Shown here: piece after piece, positions 36,166 through 45,149 of the stretch
How the letters are laid out: each line of letters begins with the position of its first letter
Position numbering within the stretch: the stretch's first letter is position 1
Source of the DNA: Bacteroidota bacterium
GTDB lineage: Bacteria; Bacteroidota; Bacteroidia; Chitinophagales; LD1
Length of the DNA: 64,000 nucleotides
Direction: 5' to 3'
Assembly (NCBI GenBank): GCA_026391075.1
Contig: JAPLES010000005.1
Span: 4,533 to 68,532 of the forward strand
The notes under the pieces: generated by a model
Told to the model about the DNA's origin: nothing
Seen by the model: the letters and a program-made list of their open reading frames with translations, nothing else
Database searches by the model: none
Program-made: the position numbers and the translations under genes

Positions 36166-36729
36166 ATGAGCTTTTTAATTGCAGGTCTCGGAAATATTGG
36201 CGAAGAATATGAAAACACCCGCCACAACATCGGCTTTAAAGTAGCTGATGAATTAGCGAAGTTGAATAGGGTATCGTATCAGTCAGAGCGTCTCGCTTTT
36301 TATGCTGAATACAGAAGCAGAGGAAAAAATATTTATGTGATTAAGCCAACTACCTACATGAATCTTTCGGGTAAAGCGGTTCGGTATTGGATGAACGAAT
36401 TGAAAATTCCACAACAAAATATTTTGATTGTGTTAGATGATTTGGCAATTCCTTTTGGCTTAATACGCATTCGTCAAAAAGGAAGTGATGGCGGGCATAA
36501 TGGATTAAAAGATATTGACCTTACCCTCGGCAATAGCAATTATGCGCGATTGCGTTTTGGTGTAGGTAATGAATTTGCAAAGGGCAAACAGGTAGATTAT
36601 GTATTGGGGAAATGGAATGCAGAAGAAAATAAAACACTGAACGAGCGAATTAAAGTATCCTGCGAAGCAGTCAACAGTTTTATGTTTGAAGGTATTGATA
36701 GAGCCATGACGAAATACAATAAGAGTTGA
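36166..36729 (+). CDS. pth: Peptidyl-tRNA hydrolase
   Basis: LIAGLGNIGEEYENTRHNIGF, YMNLSG, and GSDGGHNGLKDI. Length 187 aa. Confidence 0.92.
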   Translation: MSFLIAGLGNIGEEYENTRHNIGFKVADELAKLNRVSYQSERLAFYAEYRSRGKNIYVIKPTTYMNLSGKAVRYWMNELKIPQQNILIVLDDLAIPFGLIRIRQKGSDGGHNGLKDIDLTLGNSNYARLRFGVGNEFAKGKQVDYVLGKWNAEENKTLNERIKVSCEAVNSFMFEGIDRAMTKYNKS

Positions 36730-37139
36730 TGAAGAAATTATTTCTGGTGGCATCTCTTTTTGTGATAGGTATAACTGCTTGCAAAAAACAGTCAACAACA
36801 GATTCGGTTGTTTGTGAACGCTGCAAAATCATAGGTGTTTACACAGGAACATTTCACGATGTGGCAGGTTGTTACAGTTGCATACCTTATCTGGATACCA
36901 CCTACTATGGAAATTTTGTAGTTGACACAATACCATTCGACAGCATCAAAATCACTCGTAATTACGATAATTATGTTTGGAGATTGGCTTACAACGATTC
37001 AGGAAAATATAGCCGATGGGGCTGTTGCACCGTTGGAGAATCTTTAGAGTTTAAATTGTCCGATAGTGTCACTTATTTCTACAACAACGGTGGCAGCGGA
37101 GGTTATTTTAGAGAAGAGTTCAAGGGCAAAAAACTATAA
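36729..37139 (+). CDS. Cys-rich lipoprotein, function unknown
   Basis: The lipobox MKKLFLVASLFVIGITAC is followed by several Cys pairs (CERC, CYSC, WGCC). The ATG overlaps the pth stop (TTGATGA). Confidence 0.55.
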   Translation: MKKLFLVASLFVIGITACKKQSTTDSVVCERCKIIGVYTGTFHDVAGCYSCIPYLDTTYYGNFVVDTIPFDSIKITRNYDNYVWRLAYNDSGKYSRWGCCTVGESLEFKLSDSVTYFYNNGGSGGYFREEFKGKKL

Positions 37140-37146
37140 CACTAGT

Positions 37147-37749
37147 ATGAAAATTATTTGCATCGGTCGTAATTATTCAGAACACGCGAAGGAATTGAAG
37201 AACGAAATTCCTGATAAGCCGGTGGTGTTTTTAAAACCGCAAACAGCTTTATTAAAAGACAACAAACCATTTTACTATCCCGAATGGACAAAAGATTTGC
37301 ATTACGAAACCGAACTGGTTTTAAAAATTTGCAAACAGGGAAAATACATTGATGAAAAATTTGCGCGAAAATATTTTGATGAAGTAACTGTTGGCATAGA
37401 CTTCACTGCCCGTGATTTGCAAAGCCAACAAAAAGCAAAAGGATTGCCTTGGGAAATTGCAAAGGCGTTTGACAATAGTGCGGTGATAGGTGAATTCAGA
37501 AAAGCAAATGGTTCAGATGGTTTTAATTTCTGTATGAAATTAAACGGAACAGAAGTTCAAAAGGGAAACACGAACGACATGATGTTTTCCTTCGAAAAAA
37601 TAATTGTCTACGCCTCTCAGTTCTTCACTTTACAAACAGGCGATATGATTTTTACCGGTACACCCGCAGGAGTTGGTGCAGTAAAAATTGGCGACCGGTT
37701 AGAAGGATTTTTAGAAACAGAAAAAGTTTTTGATTTTGAAGTGAAGTAA
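37147..37749 (+). CDS. Fumarylacetoacetate hydrolase (FAH) family protein
   Basis: MKIICIGRNYSEHAKEL.., HYETELV, and the C-terminal GDMIFTGTPAGVG. Start set to ATG 37147; the long ORF from 37066 overlaps the previous gene. Confidence 0.85.
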   Translation: MKIICIGRNYSEHAKELKNEIPDKPVVFLKPQTALLKDNKPFYYPEWTKDLHYETELVLKICKQGKYIDEKFARKYFDEVTVGIDFTARDLQSQQKAKGLPWEIAKAFDNSAVIGEFRKANGSDGFNFCMKLNGTEVQKGNTNDMMFSFEKIIVYASQFFTLQTGDMIFTGTPAGVGAVKIGDRLEGFLETEKVFDFEVK

Positions 37750-37834
37750 GTCGAGTCTGCACCGAAGGTCAGACCCCATCTATTATTCCCAATCGCTCAA
37801 CAAAGTATCTTCCCATTTCTTTTATTTGTTCTGA

Positions 37835-39901
37835 ATGAAACCTTCTAAAGAAAATCTACTTCGCGCTTTTCAACTCATGTCAACTGCAAAAGCAATGACT
37901 GAATTGTATGAAGAGCGAAAAGATGTTTGTTCAAAATACGTGCACGCCACCAGTCGCGGACACGAAGCCATTCAGTTAGCTGCAGCATTTCAACTCAAGC
38001 CACAAGATTTTGTTTTTCCTTATTACCGTGATGATGCCATGTTGCTCGGTATGGGTTTTACTCCGTTTGAATTGATGTTGCAATTGCTGGCGAAGAAGAC
38101 CGATTATTTCAGTGGTGGTAGAACTTACTATTGCCATCCAAGTTCAAATCGCGCTGACCTTCCAAAAATTCCGCATCAAAGTTCTGCAACGGGTATGCAG
38201 GTTATTCCTGCTACAGGAACTGCACAAGGGTTACAATACAAGGAACAACAAAAGTTAGTGGAGTATAAAAAAGGAGAAGAGCCGCTTGTGATTTGTTCGC
38301 TTGGCGATGGAGCTATTACCGAAGGCGAAGTGAGCGAGGCTTTGCAAATGGCAGTGTTGCATAATTATCCAATTATTTATTTGGTGCAGGATAATGAGTG
38401 GGATATTTCGGCACACGCTAGCGAAATGCGCGCGCAAGATGCGCCTGAGTACGCGAAAGGTTTTAAAGGGTTGAAAGTAGAAAGCATTGATGGAACCGAT
38501 TACGAAGAATGTTTCGAAACCATGAGCCGTGTGGTGAATTATGTTCGTACACACCGCGCGCCTTATTTGGTTCATGCTAAAGTTCCATTGTTGAATCATC
38601 ATACTTCCGGTGTTCGCAAAGAATGGTATCGCCCGAAAGAAAATTTAGAAAGCGATGCACTGCGAGACCCATACAACAAGTTGAAAAAATATTTGCTCTA
38701 CGAAAAAGTAGCTGACTTAAATGCGTTGCATAAAACTGAAGAAGAAGCAAAACATTTAGTGAAAGAAGATTTTGAACGCGCGGTACTGGAACCTTTTCCG
38801 ACAGAAGAGGATTTAACCACGCATATTTTTGCGCCAACTCCAATTACCGAAGAAAGAGGAGAACGTTCACCTGCTAATGCTGATCCAATTATAATGGTGG
38901 ATGCCGCGCTTCACGCAGTTGATGAAATTTTGAAAAAAAATCCTGATGCACTTTTGTATGGGCAGGATGTAGGAGGAGAACTGGGTGGTGTTTTTCGCGA
39001 AGCCGCTTTGTTGGCTAAAAAATATGGCGATAAAAGAGTTTTCAATACGCCAATAATGGAAGCCTACATTGTTGGTTCAACTGTTGGCATGAGTGCGGCA
39101 GGTTGTAAACCAATTGTTGAAGTGCAATTTGCTGATTATATTTTCCCAGGCATCAATCAACTCTTCACCGAAGTTTCGCGTTCGTGTTATCTGACGAACG
39201 GAAAATTTCCGGTGCAAACTTTAATTCGAATTCCTATTGGTGCTTATGGCAGCGGAGGCCCTTATCATTCTTCAAGTGTTGAAAGTTTTGTGTTACAAAT
39301 AAAAGGTGTGAAGGTTTGCTATCCATCAAACGCTGCAGACATGAAAGGGCTTTTAAAAGCTGCATTCTACGATCCCAATCCTGTGGTAATGTTTGAACAC
39401 AAAGGACTTTACTGGAGTAAAGTAAAAGGCACTGAACTGGCAAAAACTATTGAGCCCAATGAGAATTATATGATACCTCTTGGCAAAGGAAGAATTGCTC
39501 TTGAAGCCAGCGCAGAAAAAATTGAAAATGGAGAATCGCTCACCGTTATTACTTATGGCATGGGAGTTCATTGGGCAATTAACGCTGCAAAAAATTTCGA
39601 ATCGCAAATTGAAGTGGTAGACTTAAGAACGCTGAATCCTTTGGATGAAGAAATGATTTTTGCTTCTGTAAAAAAGCATGGAAAAGTTATCGTGCTCACC
39701 GAAGAAACTATTACTCACTCTTTTGCCGAAGCCATAGCCGGAAGAATATCTTCCGCTTGTTTCCGCGATTTAGATGCGCCTGTAAAAATTATTGGAGCTG
39801 TAAATACTCCTGCTATTCCGCTCAACGAAAATTTAGAAAAAGCGATGCTGCCTAATGCCGAAAAGGTAAGAGAAGCAATGGAAGAGTTGTTGAATAACTA
39901 A
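37835..39901 (+). CDS. 2-oxoacid (branched-chain-type) dehydrogenase E1 component with fused alpha and beta subunits
   Basis: The N-terminal half has the TPP-binding motif SLGDGAITEGEVSEALQMA..YLVQDNEW. The C-terminal half is E1-beta-like (FNTPIMEAYIVGSTVGMSAAG, EVQFADYIF). It is a single 688-aa ORF. Confidence 0.85.
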   Translation: MKPSKENLLRAFQLMSTAKAMTELYEERKDVCSKYVHATSRGHEAIQLAAAFQLKPQDFVFPYYRDDAMLLGMGFTPFELMLQLLAKKTDYFSGGRTYYCHPSSNRADLPKIPHQSSATGMQVIPATGTAQGLQYKEQQKLVEYKKGEEPLVICSLGDGAITEGEVSEALQMAVLHNYPIIYLVQDNEWDISAHASEMRAQDAPEYAKGFKGLKVESIDGTDYEECFETMSRVVNYVRTHRAPYLVHAKVPLLNHHTSGVRKEWYRPKENLESDALRDPYNKLKKYLLYEKVADLNALHKTEEEAKHLVKEDFERAVLEPFPTEEDLTTHIFAPTPITEERGERSPANADPIIMVDAALHAVDEILKKNPDALLYGQDVGGELGGVFREAALLAKKYGDKRVFNTPIMEAYIVGSTVGMSAAGCKPIVEVQFADYIFPGINQLFTEVSRSCYLTNGKFPVQTLIRIPIGAYGSGGPYHSSSVESFVLQIKGVKVCYPSNAADMKGLLKAAFYDPNPVVMFEHKGLYWSKVKGTELAKTIEPNENYMIPLGKGRIALEASAEKIENGESLTVITYGMGVHWAINAAKNFESQIEVVDLRTLNPLDEEMIFASVKKHGKVIVLTEETITHSFAEAIAGRISSACFRDLDAPVKIIGAVNTPAIPLNENLEKAMLPNAEKVREAMEELLNN

Positions 39902-39952
39902 TACCCTAGAACTTCAAAGCAACTTACTCAACAAATATTATCTTGCGAGTTA

Positions 39953-41250
39953 ATGACCTGGAGCAATACTTACTTTGGAAAAAAATTTATCGAATGGAGC
40001 CTGTTTGGTATTGATGAAGCCATGCCCGATGCGTTGAAAAAACATATCCTGCTCACAAACAGAATCAACCTCACTTTGTTTGTTACTACTACTCCGTACA
40101 TTTTTCTCTTTTATTTTTTAGGTTTAAAACTCCATGCGCTAATGCTCATTCCGGTTTTACTTTCGCTGGGTTTTTGTTTTTTCTTGACTACGAAAGGTGC
40201 CAACTTAACATCACGCTCCTTACTAATTCTTGTACTCAATTTGGCGCTTGGCCTTTATTCTGTTTTGCTGACCAAGGCATCGTGTATGCACTATTTGTTT
40301 TTTGTTTTTTCTGCCACTCCACTTTTGATTTTTGATTTAAAAAAAAATTACCTATCACGTTCTCCGTTTTGTGTTCGGTAATTTTTTTTCTGGCCATAGA
40401 GTTTGAATGGATTCAACCCACTATAGAAATTGGCCACTTAGCCTTAATTATTCTTCGTTCGTCACTTACCATAGTAACTTTTATATGGCTCATGCTTTTG
40501 TTCGTGTATTTAGTAAGCGCCAACACAACTAGCGAAGAAAAACTACAGCATTACAATTTACAGTTGATACAGAAAAATAAAGAACTGGAACAATTTACAT
40601 ATGTAGCCTCACACGATTTGCAGGAACCATTACGCACCATTACCAGCTATGCCGAACTATTAAGGCGACAGCATTTAAGCTCACTAGACGAAAACGGAAA
40701 AAAATATTTGGAATACGTTTTCGCTTCTTCGCTTCGAATGAAAAAACTTATCAAAGATTTGCTTGATCATTCACGCATTGGACGAACTCACGTGCCAGAA
40801 AAAACAGATTGCAACATGCTATTGAAAGAAGTGCTAGACGATATGGCCATCTCTATTGTCGAAAGCAATGCACAAATTGAAATTCAAAAGCTCCCTATCG
40901 TTATTGCATTCCCTACCGATTTGAAACTGCTCTTTCAGAATCTTTTAGCTAACGCCATTAAGTTTCATAAAAAGAACGAAGCCCCGAAAGTGGTTGTAGC
41001 ATTTAGAGCCGATGCCAAAAATTGGATATTTGAAATAAAGGATAACGGCATAGGCATTGAAAAAAAATTTCAGGAAAATATTTTCGCCATCTTTAACCGA
41101 TTGCACACCCGTACAGAATACGAAGGCAACGGAATTGGTTTGGCTCATTGCAAAAAAATTGCTGCGTTGCACAGAGGCGTTATTGGCGTGCAATCGGAAG
41201 TCAATGTAGGAAGCACTTTTTATTTTACCATTTCAAAAAACATAGAATGA
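39953..41250 (+). pseudogene. Membrane sensor histidine kinase interrupted by a -1 frameshift at an A9 tract (pseudogene, sequencing error or phase-variable gene)
   Basis: The frame starting at 39953 encodes 4-5 TM helices and stops at 40379-40381. A second frame is open from 40336 (the track ORF starts at TTG 40369). It continues with more TM helices, then H-box FTYVASHDLQEP, N-box LFQNLLANAIKF, G1 DNGIGI and G2 GNGIGLAHCKKIA. Adding one A to the run at 40339-40347 joins the two frames (..FDLKKKLPITFSVLCSVIFFLAIEF..). Confidence 0.55.
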
Positions 41251-41675
41251 AACTCAAAACAAATCTGAATTGCGTAATTCTTATTGACGATGACGACCCT
41301 ACTAACTATTATCACAAAATGATTATTGAGCAATACGGTTGTGCGGAAAAGATTTTGATTTTTACAGGAGGTGAAAAGGCGTTGCAATATTTGTTGAGCA
41401 ACACGCAAGAAAACACCAGCTACTTAAAACCCGATTTGATTTTTCTAGACATCAACATGCCGCGCATGACCGGTTGGGATTTTTTGAAAGAGTATGCTAA
41501 ACTTCCCGATGAACAGAAGAGCAGAATTGTACTGATGATGTTAACCACCTCTTTAAATCCGGATGACGAAACCCTTGCGCATAACACCCCCGATGTATCC
41601 GGCTTTTATTTTAAGCCGCTGAGTAACGAAATGTTGGATGAAATTTTGATTAAACATTTTGCAGCTAACCTTTAA
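41247..41675 (+). CDS. Stand-alone response-regulator receiver domain protein
   Basis: Acidic pocket ILIDDDDPTN, phospho-acceptor Asp in LIFLDINMPRMTGWDF, then MLTTS and FYFKP. No output domain. The ATG overlaps the kinase stop (ATGA at 41247-41250). Confidence 0.85.
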   Translation: MKLKTNLNCVILIDDDDPTNYYHKMIIEQYGCAEKILIFTGGEKALQYLLSNTQENTSYLKPDLIFLDINMPRMTGWDFLKEYAKLPDEQKSRIVLMMLTTSLNPDDETLAHNTPDVSGFYFKPLSNEMLDEILIKHFAANL

Positions 41676-41753
41676 CTTTAGGATTATTGTGTTTATGTAT
41701 TTCTTTTTGATTTTTTATCAATCGGCTTTTAGCGTATTCTTTAAACTTGTGGC

Positions 41754-42791
41754 ATGAAAAAATATTTAGTTGTTGTTTTGATATGCCTTGCGTTTAGCTG
41801 TAATGCACAGCAAGCAAACGAAGAAACCTCTTTAGTAAAATGGATGAAGTTGGAAGACGCCTTGAAAGCGTACGACAAACAAGCCAAACCTATCATTATT
41901 GATTTTTACACCGACTGGTGCGGCTGGTGCAAGCGAATGATGGCTACTACTTATTCCAATCCGGGTTTGGCAAGTTATATCAACCAGAATTTTTATCCTG
42001 TAAAATTTGATGCCGAAGGAAAGGACACCGTTGAATTTCTAGGCAAAAAATATACTCCGCTTGGTGTGGGACAGCGAACCACACATGCGTTGGCAGCAAA
42101 ACTGCTGCAAAATAAAATGATGTACCCCACTACACTTTTTTTAAACAACCTCGACAAAACAAAAAATGAATTTGCGCTTAGCATGTTAGCGGCTGGTTAT
42201 TTGGACGATAAAAAAATTGAGCCCATGTTGGTTTTTTCACTGGAAAATGCGTTTCGCAATTCCAACTTCGATGATTTTAATGCTGCGTTTCAAAAAGCAT
42301 TTTATGATTCTACCACCGATAACAAAATCAATAAACTGAAATGGCAAACGCCTAAAGAATATTTTTCAAGAACCGAAAAGCATAGTAAGAAAGCCTTGGT
42401 TTATATAGGCACCGAATGGTGCAATTCGTGCAAGGTGATGAAACGCTCTGCCTTTATTGATGATTCAAGTGCTGCGTTTATCAAAGAGAAATTTGACTTG
42501 GTTGACTTTAGTCCGGAGAATTCGGATACCCTTTTTTATAAAGGACTACGGTATTACAACGCACATCAGCCGCAGTTTCCTTTTCACCAACTTGCCTTTG
42601 AACTAACACGCAAAAATTTTGTACTCCCAAGTCTGGTGATACTTGATGAAGACATGACCATTGCCGATGCCATTCCATTTTACATAAGTCCGGTTTTTAT
42701 GAAAGACATTTCTCGTTTCTACGGTAACGATGTTTACAAGAAAAAATCCTGGAAAGATTTTCAGGAATCTATCCATCCATTGCGCAACTGA
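41754..42791 (+). CDS. Secreted protein with two thioredoxin-fold domains
   Basis: Signal peptide ..AFSCNAQ. Two CxxC motifs sit in a thioredoxin context: FYTDWCGWCKRM and IGTEWCNSCKVM. Confidence 0.7.
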   Translation: MKKYLVVVLICLAFSCNAQQANEETSLVKWMKLEDALKAYDKQAKPIIIDFYTDWCGWCKRMMATTYSNPGLASYINQNFYPVKFDAEGKDTVEFLGKKYTPLGVGQRTTHALAAKLLQNKMMYPTTLFLNNLDKTKNEFALSMLAAGYLDDKKIEPMLVFSLENAFRNSNFDDFNAAFQKAFYDSTTDNKINKLKWQTPKEYFSRTEKHSKKALVYIGTEWCNSCKVMKRSAFIDDSSAAFIKEKFDLVDFSPENSDTLFYKGLRYYNAHQPQFPFHQLAFELTRKNFVLPSLVILDEDMTIADAIPFYISPVFMKDISRFYGNDVYKKKSWKDFQESIHPLRN

Positions 42792-42877
42792 TTCGAAATG
42801 TTTTATGGAGAGTGAAGCGACTACTTGGTTCAAAAAATAATCTTCATATTCGAACTCCAATTTTAAAATAGGAACCA

Positions 42878-45091
42878 ATGAAGAAAATCTACACAGCAGT
42901 ATTCACGTTATTTTTCATTTCTTCTTTTGCGCAAAACAACGTAGGTATTGGAATAGCGGTACCTGATGCCAGTGCTATCCTACACCTGGATGCCACCGAC
43001 AAGGGTTTTATTGCTCCCCGTATTACAAGCGCACAGCGTTTGGCTATTGCAGCACCGGCAAACGGCTTGTTGGTTTATGATTTAACCGTAAATTGTTTTT
43101 ACTACTATGCCTCACCATCGGGTTGGCTTTCGCTTTGTCAATTAAGTGGACCAACAGGACCTTCAGGTGCCAACGGAACAATAGGAGTTGATGGTGTAAC
43201 AGGTGCTACAGGAGCCACCGGACCACTTGGCCCCGCAGGTGGAGATTTATCAGGAATTTATCCTGACCCAACTGTTATCGGCTTGCAGGGAAACCCTGTT
43301 TCGAATACCATACCTACAGCGGGAAATGTGTTGACTTGGGATGGCACACAATGGATAGCTACAATACCTCAAGGTGATTTTTGGAAGTTGACAGGTAATA
43401 CAGGAACTACGCCTGCAACAAATTTTGTTGGTACTACCGATAACCAGGATTTGGTTTTACGAACTAACAGTATCGAAAAAATGCGGGTGACCAGCATTGG
43501 TGCTGTAGGTATCAATCAACCTGCACCTAACGGCACTTCTATTCTCGATATACAAAGTACAACCCTTGGAGTTTTATTTCCTTCCATGACCACCGCGCAG
43601 CGCGATGCTATTGCAGGCCCTGCGGTTGGGCTTACTGTTTACAACAATGTTTTAAACGTTCATCAATTTTGGAATGGAACATGTTGGGTAAACGTGGGGC
43701 AAACGGTTTGTTCGTTTGCCTATGCTACAACACTCAGTCACCCTGATGATTGTTTGCTGCGCTCTAACTTCGGTTCGGTTTCTGATACCATTACCGTATC
43801 ATTAGTTTCAGGAACCGCTTCACCTGTAATACTTTCTGCATCGGGTGTGCCTGCGGGTATTTTAGTTAACTTTTCAAATAGTTATGTAACACCAACTGCT
43901 ACTTCTATAGTAACCTTTACAGCTTTACCTACTGCGCAGCAAGGAACTTTCACTATTACTATTCTCGCTACTTCTGGTTCAGCCATTCAAACACTTACTT
44001 ATACTCTTACGGTTTATGATTACAACTTAAATCTAGCTACTTCGATAGGTACGGTGAATGAGTTAAATATTGCACCTAATACTACTAATGCTTCTACAAC
44101 AGTAACTATTGGAAATCCTGGCACTTGTGCATCAAGTGGTGCATCTGCGTTACTCTCTACTAATGGATTGCCACCTGGTGTAACGGCATCTTTTGGTACA
44201 AGTAACTTAGCTATACCGGGGAGTACCAGTTTAACCTTTACTTCTTCGGCTTGTGCAGTTCCAGGTACTTATGTCATACAGGTGGTGGCTACCATAGGAG
44301 TGCTTTCGTCCACTGTTAATTATACACTTACAGTAGCACCTTCAGTTATTGGCATTACAGCTAATGCTACCAATCTTAATTTATGGAGTTTAGCCGGCAC
44401 TCCTAACTGTCCTGTAGATGTTACCTTTAATATTGCTGCCGGTGTAATTATAGGAAGTGCGGCTACGAATCAGGCATCACTGTCAACGGGTAGTTTTTCG
44501 GGCGGCTCTAACATTGTTGTGAATAATGCAGGAACTATTGCAGGAAAAGGAGGAGATGGCGGAGAAAATTCTGACGGATTTCTTGGTTCTTGTTCTAACA
44601 GAGATGGATTCCCTGGAGGAAATGCAGTTGACCTTGGTAGTTCAGGTGTAACCTTTAATAACAGTGGTACTATTGGAGGAGGAGGAGGAGGAGGAGGTTC
44701 GGGTCAGGGGCGTACGAATAATTGTATATCGAGCAAATCGGGAGCAGGTGGTGGAGGTGGTGCAGGTTCAACTCCTGGCAATGCCGGTAGTGGCGGAACC
44801 AACTATGTATGCAATCCTGGCAATGCAGGAACAGCACTTACTGGTGGTGCTGGTGGAGCCGGTTGCGGAACGGGCGGTTGTTTCTTAGGTACTGCAACTT
44901 CGGGTCAAGGAGGTAACGGTGGTGACCTCGGTCAACCGGGTGCCGGAGGAGGAAATGGTTCAGGTGGAGTTACCGGTGGTGCGGGGCTTTGTAACAACGG
45001 AGTGGGAGGTGCAGCGGGTTGTGCTATAAAGACGAATGGTTACGCTTATTCAATTACAGGTACTGCTGTGTTAGGTCCTGTTTGTCCGTAA
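42878..45091 (+). CDS. Secreted surface protein with duplicated N-terminal modules, a short collagen-like G-X-Y run, Ig-like Thr/Ser-rich segments and a Gly/Cys-rich C-terminal region. No recognisable T9SS tail.
   Basis: Signal peptide ..FISSFAQ. The module NVGIGIAVPDASAILHL..GFIAPRITSAQRLAIAAPANGLLVYD is repeated as AVGINQPAPNGTSILDI..GVLFPSMTTAQRDAIAGPAVGLTVYN. The G-X-Y run GPTGPSGANGTIGVDGVTGATGATGPLGPAG lies at 43148-43240. The C-terminus from about 44500 reads NNAGTIAGKGGDGG..FNNSGTIGGGGGGGGSG..GAGGGGGAGSTPGNAGSGG..GQGGNGGDLGQPGAGGGNGSGG and ends ..LGPVCP. Confidence 0.6.
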   Translation: MKKIYTAVFTLFFISSFAQNNVGIGIAVPDASAILHLDATDKGFIAPRITSAQRLAIAAPANGLLVYDLTVNCFYYYASPSGWLSLCQLSGPTGPSGANGTIGVDGVTGATGATGPLGPAGGDLSGIYPDPTVIGLQGNPVSNTIPTAGNVLTWDGTQWIATIPQGDFWKLTGNTGTTPATNFVGTTDNQDLVLRTNSIEKMRVTSIGAVGINQPAPNGTSILDIQSTTLGVLFPSMTTAQRDAIAGPAVGLTVYNNVLNVHQFWNGTCWVNVGQTVCSFAYATTLSHPDDCLLRSNFGSVSDTITVSLVSGTASPVILSASGVPAGILVNFSNSYVTPTATSIVTFTALPTAQQGTFTITILATSGSAIQTLTYTLTVYDYNLNLATSIGTVNELNIAPNTTNASTTVTIGNPGTCASSGASALLSTNGLPPGVTASFGTSNLAIPGSTSLTFTSSACAVPGTYVIQVVATIGVLSSTVNYTLTVAPSVIGITANATNLNLWSLAGTPNCPVDVTFNIAAGVIIGSAATNQASLSTGSFSGGSNIVVNNAGTIAGKGGDGGENSDGFLGSCSNRDGFPGGNAVDLGSSGVTFNNSGTIGGGGGGGGSGQGRTNNCISSKSGAGGGGGAGSTPGNAGSGGTNYVCNPGNAGTALTGGAGGAGCGTGGCFLGTATSGQGGNGGDLGQPGAGGGNGSGGVTGGAGLCNNGVGGAAGCAIKTNGYAYSITGTAVLGPVCP

Positions 45092-45115
45092 TTATTTTTT
45101 CGAAAAAATTAGTTG

Positions 45116-45149
45116 AAAAGCCTTCTGTAGAAATGCAGAAGGCTTTTTT
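45116..45149. terminator. Bidirectional rho-independent terminator between convergent genes
   Basis: AAAAGCCTTCTG (45116-45127) pairs perfectly with CAGAAGGCTTTT (45136-45147) around an 8-nt loop. It is flanked by an A-run and a T-run. Confidence 0.75.
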
